Below are positions 8,676-18,544 of a stretch of DNA of 64,000 nt, piece after piece. A program made the translations under genes and the position numbers. Source of the stretch: an uncultured Candidatus Saccharibacteria bacterium (lineage in GTDB: Bacteria; Patescibacteriota; Minisyncoccia; Phycocordibacterales; JAACPR01); assembly GCA_964630375.1 (NCBI GenBank), contig CAZVRT010000005.1, positions 5,798 through 69,797 of the forward strand, given 5' to 3'. The notes beneath the pieces were generated by a model. It did no database searches, had not been told where the DNA came from, and saw nothing but the letters and a program-made list of their open reading frames with translations. How positions within the stretch are numbered: position 1 is the first letter of the stretch; every line of letters begins with the position of its first letter.

Positions 8676-10760
8676 ATGTCTCAAAAATTTGAACTAAAAT
8701 CTGAATATGCACCAGCAGGAGATCAGCCGAAAGCAATAAAATCTCTTGTGGAAGGAGTGAAAAAAGGTGAAAAACACCAAACCCTTTTGGGTGTGACCGG
8801 TTCTGGAAAAACTTTCACAATTGCGAATGTTATAAATCAAATTCAAAAACCGACTCTTGTTATTGCACATAACAAAACTCTTGCCGCACAGCTTGCCCAA
8901 GAGTATCGAGAATTTTTTCCAAACAATGCAGTGCATTATTTTGTTTCTTATTATGACTACTATCAGCCGGAAGCATACATGCCTGTGACTGACACATACA
9001 TTGAAAAAGAAGCACAAATAAATGAGGAGATTGATCGTTTGCGACACGCGGCGACACAATCTTTATTAACAAGAAAAGATGTAATTATTGTTGCTTCTGT
9101 CTCTTGTATTTATGGTTTGGGTGCGCCTGAAGAATATGAAAAAGAAAATATGAAATTGACTCGCGGAGATAAAATGGAGCGAGGGGATTTTTTGCGTTCT
9201 CTTATTTCAATTCACTACAACAGAACAAATGCGGACTTAAAACCTGGGCTTGTGCGTGGAATTGGACAATCAATTGAAGTGATGCCGATTTCAGAAAGAT
9301 TTGTTGTGAGGGTAACTTTTGACGGTAATGTAGTTTCTCACATTACAAAAATTGACGCGGTGACTCGGGAAATTATTGGAGAGCTTGATTATTTTTATTT
9401 TTTTCCAGCAAAACACTTTGTGACTGATAAAGAAAAAGTAGCAACAGCGATAAAAACAATTGAACATGAACTCGCAGAACGACTAAAAGTTTTAGATAAA
9501 GAAGGAAAAATTTTGGAAGCTGAAAGATTGAAGCGACGAACTAGGTATGATTTAGCTTTGATTCGTGAAGTTGGATATACAAACGGAATTGAAAATTATT
9601 CTCGACATTTTTCTGGAAAAAAACCTGGCGAAGCACCTGATACTTTACTTTCATATTTTCCAAAAGATAAAAATGGAAACCCTGATTATTTATTGGTAAT
9701 TGATGAATCTCACGTAACAGTTTCTCAAATTGGTGGAATGTACAATGGCGACAGATCTAGAAAAGAAACTTTGGTGGCTCATGGTTTTCGTCTTCCAAGT
9801 GCACTTGATAACCGACCTTTAAAGTTTGAAGAATTTGAGAAAAAAATTCCACAAGTAATTTATACAACAGCAACTCCGGGAAAATATGAAATAGAACATT
9901 CTGAAAATGTTGTTGAGCAGGTAATTCGTCCGACAGGTCTTGTTGATCCGATTGTTGATATTAAACCCGTAACTGAAAAAGGAAAATACAAAGGACAAGT
10001 TGCTGATTTTATCGAAGAAGCAGAAAAAGCAATCAAAAAAGGCGGGCGAGTTTTGGCTACGACTTTGACGAAAAAAATGGCGGAAGATTTAGCGAGTTAT
10101 TTAAGTGACAAAAAAATAAAATCAATTTACTTGCACAGTGATATTAAAGCTTTGGAAAGAATTGAAATCATCACACAATTTAGAAAAGGTGATTATGACA
10201 TCTTGGTTGGAGTGAACTTGTTGAGGGAAGGTTTGGATATGCCAGAGGTAACTTTGATTGGAATTTTGGATGCAGATAAAGAAGGATTTTTGAGAAGTGA
10301 AACTGCTTTGATTCAAACAATCGGACGGGCAGCAAGAAATGTTGATGGGCGTGTAATTCTTTATGCTGATGAAATTACCGGTTCAATGCAACGAGCTTTA
10401 GATGAAACTGAAAGACGAAGAAATTTGCAACTTGAATATAATAAAAAACACGGCATCACACCAAAAACAATTGCAAAACAAATTCGTGATATTACTGAAA
10501 CAATTTCTTCTGACCACCAAAAAGCGGTTTCGAAACTTTTGGAAATGGATTTGAAAACTGCAAAAGCAAAACCAGAACAATTGATTCGACAAAAAGAAAA
10601 ACAAATTGAAGCAGCAGTGAAAATTTTGGATTTTGAAACAGCTGCGATTTTGCGAGATGAAATTATTTTGATTAAGGAAAAATTTTTGAATAAAGAAGAT
10701 AAAAAACTAGGTAAGGTAGATGGTAAGCTGGAAGAGGTGAAAAATAAGAGAAAAAAGTAG
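8676..10760 (+). CDS. uvrB: Excinuclease ABC subunit B
   Basis: SEYAPAGDQPKAI, GVTGSGKTF Walker A, helicase motifs, C-terminal UVR coiled coil (ILRDEIILIKEKF). Start trimmed to MSQKFELKSEY. Confidence 0.93.
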   Translation: MSQKFELKSEYAPAGDQPKAIKSLVEGVKKGEKHQTLLGVTGSGKTFTIANVINQIQKPTLVIAHNKTLAAQLAQEYREFFPNNAVHYFVSYYDYYQPEAYMPVTDTYIEKEAQINEEIDRLRHAATQSLLTRKDVIIVASVSCIYGLGAPEEYEKENMKLTRGDKMERGDFLRSLISIHYNRTNADLKPGLVRGIGQSIEVMPISERFVVRVTFDGNVVSHITKIDAVTREIIGELDYFYFFPAKHFVTDKEKVATAIKTIEHELAERLKVLDKEGKILEAERLKRRTRYDLALIREVGYTNGIENYSRHFSGKKPGEAPDTLLSYFPKDKNGNPDYLLVIDESHVTVSQIGGMYNGDRSRKETLVAHGFRLPSALDNRPLKFEEFEKKIPQVIYTTATPGKYEIEHSENVVEQVIRPTGLVDPIVDIKPVTEKGKYKGQVADFIEEAEKAIKKGGRVLATTLTKKMAEDLASYLSDKKIKSIYLHSDIKALERIEIITQFRKGDYDILVGVNLLREGLDMPEVTLIGILDADKEGFLRSETALIQTIGRAARNVDGRVILYADEITGSMQRALDETERRRNLQLEYNKKHGITPKTIAKQIRDITETISSDHQKAVSKLLEMDLKTAKAKPEQLIRQKEKQIEAAVKILDFETAAILRDEIILIKEKFLNKEDKKLGKVDGKLEEVKNKRKK

Positions 10761-10893
10761 CCAGAAATATACACAGAATTGCACTTGTTTGATTATTGCC
10801 AAAAATGTGGTCTGGTGGTAATCTCAGAAATGGACTCTCTGAAAAAATAGTAAGAGGGAAAAATCAACAAAAACAAAAATCAGTTCGTTTTAT

Positions 10894-11553
10894 ATGCAAT
10901 CAAAATCTGTTTCAGTCGGTTCCGAACCGTTTCGGGCATTGGCACTTCTTTTTCTTGGACCCCCAGCTTCTGGGAAGTCTGAGAGAGCAAAGCGTGTTTC
11001 TCAAAAGCTCGGCTATGGAGAGCATATCGAAGTCAGTGATCTTCTTCGCAAGACCAAGGATTCCGAGATTCTTGGTATCATCAAGGCCGGGGAGTTGGTT
11101 CCTGATAACAAGGTCAATCGACTTCTGGTGGACGAGATTCGAAATCGCGGCAATCGCTCGGTTGTGATTTGTGGGTCTTCCAGAAAGGAGGCTCAAGCGG
11201 AGTACCTGCTTCATCATCTCAACAGTCAGCGGAGGCGTACCGTCATCATCGACGGTGATCGCCCTTACAACGAGTGTCAGGCGCTTCACATGCTTCGTCA
11301 GATCAATGAGGCGCGTGAAGATGATGCCAGTGCCGACCTTGCTCATCGGTTCATGAAATACTACGCCAACATCGAAGGTGTCAGGCGTCATTTTCGGAAT
11401 CATCTGTTTCCGCAGGCGGTTCATCGTGTGAATTTCACCGACGACATTGAAGGCGACTGCATGAGGATTCTTTCGATGATCCAGCCCCACTGCGAAAGCT
11501 TTTCGTTGCCGGAAACCGTTGGTTCTCTGGCGGCATACGGGTTGAATGCTTGA
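10894..11553 (+). CDS. Adenylate kinase family (short-LID NMP kinase) protein
   Basis: P-loop FLGPPASGKS. Alignable to Adk NMP-bind region (SDLLRK..ILGIIKAGELVPDNKVNRLLVDEI). About 50% GC versus about 30% in flanks, by hand count. Confidence 0.6.
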   Translation: MQSKSVSVGSEPFRALALLFLGPPASGKSERAKRVSQKLGYGEHIEVSDLLRKTKDSEILGIIKAGELVPDNKVNRLLVDEIRNRGNRSVVICGSSRKEAQAEYLLHHLNSQRRRTVIIDGDRPYNECQALHMLRQINEAREDDASADLAHRFMKYYANIEGVRRHFRNHLFPQAVHRVNFTDDIEGDCMRILSMIQPHCESFSLPETVGSLAAYGLNA

Positions 11554-11575
11554 AGGAATTTCATCTGATGAAAAG

Positions 11576-11625
11576 AGCCGGAAATGCGCAAAGCGCATTT
11601 CCGGCTCCGAGTCAGATTTTTATTT
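11576..11625 (+). terminator. Intrinsic terminator
   Basis: 14-bp perfect hairpin AGCCGGAAATGCGC-AAA-GCGCATTTCCGGCT, then a T-run 10 nt downstream. Confidence 0.55.
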
Positions 11626-11699
11626 AACCTAGTCTTTTTCTCAAAAATTTGTTAAAATGCCAAAATTGTTGTATTTTATCGCCTTTTAATTTTTCAATT

Positions 11700-14327
11700 A
11701 TGTCAGCCAAAAAAACACAAAATTTGAACCCAAAAGAGTCTGACAAAATTATTGTTCGTGGAGCGCGGACTCATAATTTGAAAGATATTACAGTTGAAAT
11801 GCCACGAAACAAAATGGTGGTTTTTACTGGTCTTTCTGGTTCTGGAAAATCATCCCTTGCTTTCGATACAATTTTTGCCGAAGGACAAAGACGATATATT
11901 GAATCGCTTTCTGCGTATGCACGGCAATTTTTGCGCCAAATGCAAAAACCGGACGTTGATGAAATTGTCGGACTTTCTCCTGCAATTTCAATTGATCAAA
12001 AATCTCGTTCAAACAATCCGCGATCAACAGTTGCGACTATTACAGAAATTTATGACTACTTAAGAATTCTTTTTGCACGAGTTGGAAAGCCTCATTGTCT
12101 TGTTTGCGGAAGAGAAATCAAAAAACTTTCAAATGAAGAAATTTTAGAAACAATTATCAAAAATGTTGAGAATGTTGATGTTTCAAAAAATTCTAAAAAA
12201 GTTATGGGAGTGGATGTTGATGATATTAAGGTTCAAATTTTTGCGCCGGTTGTTGTGGGGCGAAAAGGAGAACATTATCAAATGCTTTATGATTATCTTG
12301 GAAAGGGATATGAAAAAGTTCGGATTGATGGAAAAGTTCACAAACTACGAGATCGAATTGAACTTACAAAAACTAAAAAACATGACATTGATATTTTGAT
12401 TGATGAATTTTATATCAGCGATATCAAAAATAAATCAAAGGATATGCGAGAAAGATTGGCCGACGCAATCGAAAGATCTTTGAATGAAACAGAAGGTTTA
12501 ATAAAAATTGTGACACCAAGTGAAGAAAAATTAATGTCTTCAAAATTTATGTGTCCGTATGACGGATTTTCATTTCCGGAAATTGAACCGCGACTTTTTT
12601 CATTCAACTCACCGCACGGAGCTTGTCCGACTTGTAATGGTCTCGGAACAAAACATTTTTTTGGGGATGAAGTTTGCCCAACTTGTAATGGTGCTAGACT
12701 TCGACCTGAAGCGCTTGCGGTCTATTTAGGGAATCCGGCAGATAAAATAAATATTGTTGATTTAACTGCGATGAGTATTAGCAAAGCAGTTGATTTTTTC
12801 ATTGAATTGAAATTAACAAAAACAGAAAAAGAAATTGCAAAAGTAGTTTTGAAAGAAATTGAATCACGATTGAAGTTCATGGAAGATGTTGGAATTGAAT
12901 ATCTTTCTTTGGATCGTCGAGCCAATACTTTATCTGGAGGAGAGGCACAAAGAATTCGTCTTGCCTCACAACTTGGTTCAGGGCTTGTTGGTGCTTTGTA
13001 TGTTTTGGATGAGCCAACAATTGGTCTGCACTCAAGAGACAATGACAAATTAATTCAAACACTTCTGGATTTAAGAGACTTAGGAAATACGATTATTGTT
13101 GTTGAACATGATGAAGATACAATTTTTGCTTCTGATTATTTGGTGGACATTGGTCCAGGTGCTGGTGTTCATGGAGGAAGTGTTGTTGTTGCAGATGATT
13201 TGGAAAAACTTTTGACTGCAAAAACAAATCCATCAAAATCTTTAACTTTGGATTATTTGCGAGGAGATAGGGAAGTTGAGATTCCAGAAAAAAGACGACA
13301 AGAAAATCGTGGACATATTTCAATTAAAGGTGGAAATGTTTTCAATATAAAAAATATGAATGTTGAGATTCCGCTTGGAAAACTTGTTTGTGTGACAGGT
13401 GTTTCGGGTTCTGGAAAATCTTCTTTTGTTTATGAAATTTTATATAAAAATCTTCAAGCTCGATTGGATCGAAGATATCGTTCTGCGAAAACAGAAAATT
13501 GTTCTTCATTTGCTGGTTCAGAATATTTAGGACGATCGATTTTGATTGACCAATCTCCAATCGGAAGAACTCCGCGTTCAAATCCTGCTACGTATACGGG
13601 TGCGTGGACTCATATTAGAGACATGTTTGCTGAAACTGAAGAAGCTCGATATCGAGGTTGGAAGCCGAGCCGATTTTCTTTCAATGTGAAAGGAGGAAGA
13701 TGTGAGGCGTGTCAGGGAAATGGAGAAATTGCCGTTGAAATGCATTTTTTGCCGACAGTTTATGTGCCTTGTGATGTTTGTAACGGAAAAAGATTTACAA
13801 AAGAAACTTTGGAAGTGAAGTACAAAGGAAAAAATGTTTATGAAGTTTTGAGAATGACAGTTGAGGAAGCTTTAAATTTTTTCAATGATATTCCTTCAAT
13901 TTCAGATCGGCTTCAAACTTTAAATGAAGTTGGGCTTGGATATTTGGAATTGGGACAATCAGCGACCACTCTTTCTGGTGGAGAAGCACAGCGTGTGAAA
14001 ATTTCTTCTGAACTTTATCGAGCTCATTTGCAAAAAACAATTTACATTTTGGATGAGCCAACAATTGGTTTGCATTACGAAGACGTGAAAAAATTGATTG
14101 AGATTTTGCAGACTTTGGTGGATAAAGGAAATACAGTTTTGGTTATTGAACACAGTATGGATGTTATTAAGTCTGCCGATTATTTGATTGATATTGGACC
14201 TGAAGGTGGTTCTGGTGGTGGGCAAATCGTAGCAAAGGGAACTCCTGAACAAGTTGCTGAATCAACAAAAGGTTTTACTGGTAAATATTTGAAGAAGGTT
14301 TTGAAGCCGAGGAAGAATAAAAAATAA
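11700..14327 (+). CDS. uvrA: Excinuclease ABC subunit A
   Basis: Two ABC ATPase modules ([18 protein letters not shown]), LSGGEAQRI x2, zinc-finger CxxC pairs. Start trimmed to MSAKKTQNL. Confidence 0.93.
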   Translation: MSAKKTQNLNPKESDKIIVRGARTHNLKDITVEMPRNKMVVFTGLSGSGKSSLAFDTIFAEGQRRYIESLSAYARQFLRQMQKPDVDEIVGLSPAISIDQKSRSNNPRSTVATITEIYDYLRILFARVGKPHCLVCGREIKKLSNEEILETIIKNVENVDVSKNSKKVMGVDVDDIKVQIFAPVVVGRKGEHYQMLYDYLGKGYEKVRIDGKVHKLRDRIELTKTKKHDIDILIDEFYISDIKNKSKDMRERLADAIERSLNETEGLIKIVTPSEEKLMSSKFMCPYDGFSFPEIEPRLFSFNSPHGACPTCNGLGTKHFFGDEVCPTCNGARLRPEALAVYLGNPADKINIVDLTAMSISKAVDFFIELKLTKTEKEIAKVVLKEIESRLKFMEDVGIEYLSLDRRANTLSGGEAQRIRLASQLGSGLVGALYVLDEPTIGLHSRDNDKLIQTLLDLRDLGNTIIVVEHDEDTIFASDYLVDIGPGAGVHGGSVVVADDLEKLLTAKTNPSKSLTLDYLRGDREVEIPEKRRQENRGHISIKGGNVFNIKNMNVEIPLGKLVCVTGVSGSGKSSFVYEILYKNLQARLDRRYRSAKTENCSSFAGSEYLGRSILIDQSPIGRTPRSNPATYTGAWTHIRDMFAETEEARYRGWKPSRFSFNVKGGRCEACQGNGEIAVEMHFLPTVYVPCDVCNGKRFTKETLEVKYKGKNVYEVLRMTVEEALNFFNDIPSISDRLQTLNEVGLGYLELGQSATTLSGGEAQRVKISSELYRAHLQKTIYILDEPTIGLHYEDVKKLIEILQTLVDKGNTVLVIEHSMDVIKSADYLIDIGPEGGSGGGQIVAKGTPEQVAESTKGFTGKYLKKVLKPRKNKK

Positions 14328-14358
14328 AAAGTAGTTTGCCTAATTAATTCAGCAAACT
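14316..14358 (-). terminator. Intrinsic terminator for minus-strand small ORF
   Basis: AGTTTGC-(12 nt loop)-GCAAACT hairpin, followed on the minus strand by ACTTTTTATTTTTTATT. Confidence 0.45.
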
Positions 14359-14370
14359 AGATAGTGGATT

Positions 14371-14592
14371 TCATCTCCAAAATGGTTCATAGGGAGGCCA
14401 TTTTCTTGCCGTGTGCTTGTCTTGTTGTGGATCGTAGTGAAATGCTTGAAGCCTTTCACAATTTGGACACTCGTGTGCTTCTACGCTTTTTGAGCACGAA
14501 TCAGCGTGCTCCCAAACAGTTCCACACCCCCAACATTTGTGTTGATGATTTCCTTCTTTGGGCTCGGAACCTTCTTCTACTACTTCGTTCAT
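14371..14592 (-). CDS. Hypothetical small zinc-ribbon-like protein (CxxC...CPxC)
   Basis: 73 aa with CWGCG and CPNC pairs; GC-rich; correctly oriented terminator. The competing plus ORF 14364..14615 has less protein-like composition. Confidence 0.35.
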   Translation of the reverse strand: MNEVVEEGSEPKEGNHQHKCWGCGTVWEHADSCSKSVEAHECPNCERLQAFHYDPQQDKHTARKWPPYEPFWR

Positions 14593-14664
14593 TCCTTGAT
14601 TTGGTTGTTGGTTAAAAACAAAATTTCTGATATATTAATACAATAAAATATTGAAAAGTCAATT

Positions 14665-15858
14665 ATGATATTGGAAGACTTAAAAAAAATAGATTTGCCG
14701 GATGCACCTGGTGTGTATCGTTTTTTGCTTGGCAAAGATATTTTGTATATCGGGAAGGCGACTTCTTTAAAAGATCGGGTGAAAAGTTATTTTTCTAATG
14801 ATTTGATAAAAACGCGTGGACCGTTAATTTTAGATATGGTCACAAAAGCCGACAATGTTGAATTCACAAAGACAGATTCTGTTTTAGAAGCCTTGATTTT
14901 AGAAGCAGATTTAATTAAAAAATTTCAACCGATTGCAAATACAAAAGAAAAAGATAATAAAAGTTACAGTTTTGTTGTGATTACAAAAGAAAAAATTCCG
15001 CGAGTTTTGATTGAACGAGGTCGGAATTTAGCTTTCAATAAAAAGAAGTATCAGGAAATGTTTGGTCCGTTTCCGTCGCAGAGTCAATTGAAAGAGGCTT
15101 TGAACATTATTCGGAAAATTTTTCCGTTTATGTCTAATGAATCGGATTCTCGTTTGAATGAACAACTTGGTTTAAATCCAAGAATGTCAGATAAAAATGC
15201 AATGCGAGAATATCGAAATAATTTGCGTCACATCAAACTTTTTTTCAAAGGAAGAAATGATGAGCTGAAGAAACAGCTTGAAAAAGAAATGAATATTCTT
15301 GCGGCTAAAAAAGATTTTGAATTTGCGGCGATAAAAAGAAATCAAATTTTTGCCTTAAATCACATAAAAGATGTTGCACTTTTGAAACATGATAAAGATA
15401 GTTCTGAAAATTTTAGAATTGAAGCGTATGATGCAGCGCATATGTCTGGAAAAAATTCTGTTGGCGTGATGACTGTTGTGGAAAATGGCGAAGTTAAAAA
15501 ATCAGATTACCGAAAATTTATTTTGCGAAAAGCCGCTCGCGGCGATGACGTCGGGTCTCTTGAAGAAATTTTATCCCGCCGGCTCGCGCACACAGACTGG
15601 CCAGACGCAAATTTAATTGTTGTGGACGGAAGTGTCGCACAAAGAAATCGTGCTTTAAAAATTTTGCAAGAATCGGGGAAAAATATTCCTGTGGTTGGAG
15701 TTGTAAAAAATGAATCTCACAAACCTCAAAGCTTGCTTGGTGATGAAAAAATAATAAAAGAAAATCAGCGAAGTATTTTACTTGCAAACAACGAAGCTCA
15801 TCGTTTTGCAATAAGTTTTTATCGGCAAAAACAACGCAAGGCTTCTTATAAAAAATAA
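14665..15858 (+). CDS. uvrC: Excinuclease ABC subunit C, short form lacking C-terminal HhH
   Basis: GIY-YIG (PGVYRFLLGKDILYIGKATSLKDRVKSYF), UVR motif, RNase H-like endonuclease region (IEAYDAAHMSG...YRKF). Confidence 0.85.
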   Translation: MILEDLKKIDLPDAPGVYRFLLGKDILYIGKATSLKDRVKSYFSNDLIKTRGPLILDMVTKADNVEFTKTDSVLEALILEADLIKKFQPIANTKEKDNKSYSFVVITKEKIPRVLIERGRNLAFNKKKYQEMFGPFPSQSQLKEALNIIRKIFPFMSNESDSRLNEQLGLNPRMSDKNAMREYRNNLRHIKLFFKGRNDELKKQLEKEMNILAAKKDFEFAAIKRNQIFALNHIKDVALLKHDKDSSENFRIEAYDAAHMSGKNSVGVMTVVENGEVKKSDYRKFILRKAARGDDVGSLEEILSRRLAHTDWPDANLIVVDGSVAQRNRALKILQESGKNIPVVGVVKNESHKPQSLLGDEKIIKENQRSILLANNEAHRFAISFYRQKQRKASYKK

Positions 15859-15879
15859 AATAGTGATATAATATCTCCT

Positions 15880-16845
15880 ATGAAATACAAAGTCGCAGTT
15901 CTTCGCGGAGGTCCATCAAGTGAATATGATATTTCTTTAAAAACAGGAAAGGCTGTTATTGATAATTTAAAAAATCGTCATCAGGTTTTGGATATTGTGG
16001 TTGATATGTATGGCGATTGGTATTACAACGGAATTTTGGTTTCTCCTGCAGAAGTTTTGTCAAAAGTTGATGTTGTATTCAATGCGATGCACGGCGAATA
16101 CGGCGAAGACGGAAAAGTTCAACAAATCCTAGAACAAGTAAAAGTTCCGTTTACAGGACCAAAAGCATTTTCTGCTGTTCAATCAATGCGAAAAGATTAC
16201 GCACGAGATGTTTTTAAAAATCTTGGATTAAAAACTCCGCTTGCTGCGATTGTTGAAAAAACTTATGACATCGAAAATGTAGCTTACGAAGTTTTCAGAA
16301 AAATGCCGATGCCTTTGATTTTAAAACCGCTTGATAAAGGTTCTTCTCTTGGAATTACAGTTGTAAAAGATTTTCGTTCTTTGGTTGATAGTTTGGCGAA
16401 ATTATTTGTTCATACTGAAAAAGTTTTGATTGAAGAATATATAAAAGGAAAAGAGGCGACGGTAGGTGTGATTGAAGATTTTCGTGAACAAGAATTGTAT
16501 CCGCTTTTCCCAACAGAAATTGTTTTGCCAGAAGGAAGTGAAATTTTTGATTATGATGCAAAACAAAATGCACAAATTAAAAATGTTTGCCCAGGATGTT
16601 TTTCAAAATCTGAAAGTGAAGCTTTGCAGAAAGCCGCTGTGGCAGCTCATCGAGGTTTGGGATTGAGACATTATTCTCGAAGTGATTTTATTGTACATCC
16701 AAAAAGAGGGGTGTTTATTTTGGAAACAAACTCATTACCCGCACTTGGAGAAAGTACTTTGATCTGTAAATCGTTAGAAGCTTGTGGGGCTAAAATTGAT
16801 GATTTTTTGGATCATGTAATAGCTCTTGCGTTAAAGAAAAAGTAG
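15880..16845 (+). CDS. ddl: D-alanine--D-alanine ligase
   Basis: 321 aa, ATP-grasp; MKYKVAVLRGGPSSEYDISL; C-terminal ...LETNSLPALGESTL. Confidence 0.9.
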   Translation: MKYKVAVLRGGPSSEYDISLKTGKAVIDNLKNRHQVLDIVVDMYGDWYYNGILVSPAEVLSKVDVVFNAMHGEYGEDGKVQQILEQVKVPFTGPKAFSAVQSMRKDYARDVFKNLGLKTPLAAIVEKTYDIENVAYEVFRKMPMPLILKPLDKGSSLGITVVKDFRSLVDSLAKLFVHTEKVLIEEYIKGKEATVGVIEDFREQELYPLFPTEIVLPEGSEIFDYDAKQNAQIKNVCPGCFSKSESEALQKAAVAAHRGLGLRHYSRSDFIVHPKRGVFILETNSLPALGESTLICKSLEACGAKIDDFLDHVIALALKKK

Positions 16846-16904
16846 GGTAGAATGTTTTTACTTGGTTTATCAAGTACCCGAGCATGACTAAAACAAAGTC
16901 ACTT

Positions 16905-16969
16905 GGGCCTGTAAGCAGAGCTTTCAGGCCCTTCGCTCAAATCACAAGGGAAAATGAAATTTTCCCTTG
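16905..16969 (+). other. Two stable hairpins between ddl and tRNA-Ala (terminator/processing signals)
   Basis: GGGCCTG-(13 nt)-CAGGCCC at 16905-16931 and an 11-bp perfect palindrome CAAGGGAAAAT-GAA-ATTTTCCCTTG at 16945-16969. The first copies the tRNA 5' acceptor/D-arm start GGGCCTGTAGC. Confidence 0.4.
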
Positions 16970-16980
16970 GATTTTCGCTC

Positions 16981-17053
16981 GGGCCTGTAGCTCAATTGGT
17001 AGAGCGCCTCATTTGCACTGAGGAGGCAGCGGGTTCGAATCCTGTCAGGTCCA
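16981..17053 (+). tRNA. tRNA-Ala (anticodon UGC)
   Basis: Cloverleaf with D-arm GCTCAATTGGTAGAGC, anticodon loop TTTGCAC, T-loop GGGTTCGAATCC. G3:U70 Ala identity pair in acceptor stem GGGCCTG/CAGGTCC. CCA not encoded. Confidence 0.85.
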
Positions 17054-17081
17054 CACAAGGAAGATTGATGCCACTAATAAT

Positions 17082-17615
17082 ATGGAAAGATTTAGTCAAC
17101 CAAATTCAATCAAAATAATCTCTAGCTTCGAAGATGTACAGGCTCTTAAAGGTCTTAATGTTGGAGAGAAATTTATTATGTTTGACATTGAATATGAAGT
17201 TGAGAAAATCGAAGACGGATCACAAGTTGGGACTACTTTTGGTTTAAAAATTGATAGATATGTACCAATTTACTATCTCAAAGGACGCTCTTTTAGAAAA
17301 AGTCAAGGAGGATATCAAGCAGATGCAGATGTTGTGGTAATGTTTGAAAATAATACTGATCCAACCACTCTTGAGCACGAATTAACGCACGCTGTTGAGT
17401 ATAAAATTGACCCTACTCCACAACTCTTAGATTTGTATGAGAAAGCAAAACAGGTTATTACAGAAGAATCATTTGATGATAATTTTGTTACGTTCAATTT
17501 TATGAAAAATATCCATGAATTTATAGCAGATGGTAGAACTAAACTTAAACCTGCTTTACAAAAAGAAGGTCTTTATGAAGACTTTCAAAAAGAAACAGCA
17601 TATATCTTTAATTAA
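17082..17615 (+). CDS. Hypothetical protein with HExxH zinc-metallopeptidase-like motif (HELTHAVEY)
   Basis: 177 aa; single HExxH; no signal peptide; lies immediately downstream of the tRNA. Confidence 0.5.
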   Translation: MERFSQPNSIKIISSFEDVQALKGLNVGEKFIMFDIEYEVEKIEDGSQVGTTFGLKIDRYVPIYYLKGRSFRKSQGGYQADADVVVMFENNTDPTTLEHELTHAVEYKIDPTPQLLDLYEKAKQVITEESFDDNFVTFNFMKNIHEFIADGRTKLKPALQKEGLYEDFQKETAYIFN

Positions 17616-17620
17616 AAAAC

Positions 17621-18514
17621 ATGCCTCACACAATCCTTCTATATTACAAATACGTCTCAATCGAAAACCCGCAAGAATTTTTGGAGGAGCATCGAGCTTT
17701 GTGTCAAAAATTAAATTTAAAAGGGAGAATTATTATTGCACACGAAGGAATCAACGGGACAGTTGAAGGCTTGGACGAAGATACGAAAAAATATGAAGAA
17801 GCCGTGATTTCTGATTCTCGGTTTTCAGATATGATTTTTAAAAGAAGCGAAGGGACAGGCGAAGCGTTTCCAAAACTTTCTATAAAAGTCCGTCCAGAAA
17901 TTGTGAGTTTGCATTTAGGTGATGATGATATAAATCCAAATGAACTTACCGGAACTCATCTTGATCCAACAGAGTTACACAATTGGTATGAAAACGGCGA
18001 TGATTTTGTGGTGGTTGATATGAGAAATGATTATGAGTTTGAAGTCGGAAGATTTAAAAATTCGATAATTCCTGAAGGTCTTGAAAATTTTCGAGATTTG
18101 CCAAACGCTCTTCCATCAATTGAGCACTTGAAAGATAAAAAAGTTGTAACCGTTTGTACTGGTGGTGTGCGTTGTGAAAAAGCTTCTGGATTTTTAATTA
18201 AAAAAGGTTTCAAAGATGTTTATCAGCTAGACGGCGGAATGGCAACTTACATGCAAAGACATCCGGCAAAACATTTTCATGGAAAGCTTTATGTTTTTGA
18301 TAATAGAATTGTGGTTGGTGATGGTGTTGATGATCCAAATTTAATAGTTGGGAAGTGTGGTTTATGTAAAACACCTTGTGAGAGATTTGTAAATTGCGAC
18401 AACAAAAAATGCAATCTACATTTTATTTGTTGTGAGAATTGCTCAGATGAAGAAGGTTTTTCTTTTTGTTCCGAAAAGTGTACGGAAATATTTTCAATTT
18501 CTAAATCGTGTTAA
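17621..18514 (+). CDS. trhO: Rhodanese-domain tRNA U34 hydroxylase-like protein (UPF0176/YceA/TrhO) with Cys-rich C-terminal extension
   Basis: N-terminal YKY...IAHEGINGT; rhodanese CTGGVRCEKASGFL; C-terminal tail with about 12 Cys. Confidence 0.75.
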   Translation: MPHTILLYYKYVSIENPQEFLEEHRALCQKLNLKGRIIIAHEGINGTVEGLDEDTKKYEEAVISDSRFSDMIFKRSEGTGEAFPKLSIKVRPEIVSLHLGDDDINPNELTGTHLDPTELHNWYENGDDFVVVDMRNDYEFEVGRFKNSIIPEGLENFRDLPNALPSIEHLKDKKVVTVCTGGVRCEKASGFLIKKGFKDVYQLDGGMATYMQRHPAKHFHGKLYVFDNRIVVGDGVDDPNLIVGKCGLCKTPCERFVNCDNKKCNLHFICCENCSDEEGFSFCSEKCTEIFSISKSC

Positions 18515-18544
18515 ATTTAATACAGAATTTGCACAAACAAAACA

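Noticed and set aside
8694-10774. Several 60-140-aa minus-strand ORFs inside uvrB (8694-9059, 8860-9072, 10122-10316, 10361-10774)
   Set aside because: They lie inside a well-supported, highly conserved uvrB reading frame. Their composition is AT-rich and low-complexity, typical of antisense frames.
10912-11598. 228-aa minus-strand ORF fully overlapping the adenylate-kinase-family gene
   Set aside because: It is a shadow ORF created by the GC-rich composition. The plus-strand frame carries a clear P-loop/Adk-like pattern and is followed by a correctly oriented terminator, whereas the minus frame has no recognisable motifs.
14364-14615. 83-aa plus-strand ORF overlapping the minus-strand zinc-ribbon ORF
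   Set aside because: Its composition is less protein-like and it has no metal-binding pattern. The only terminator here is oriented for the minus strand. Neither ORF is certain.
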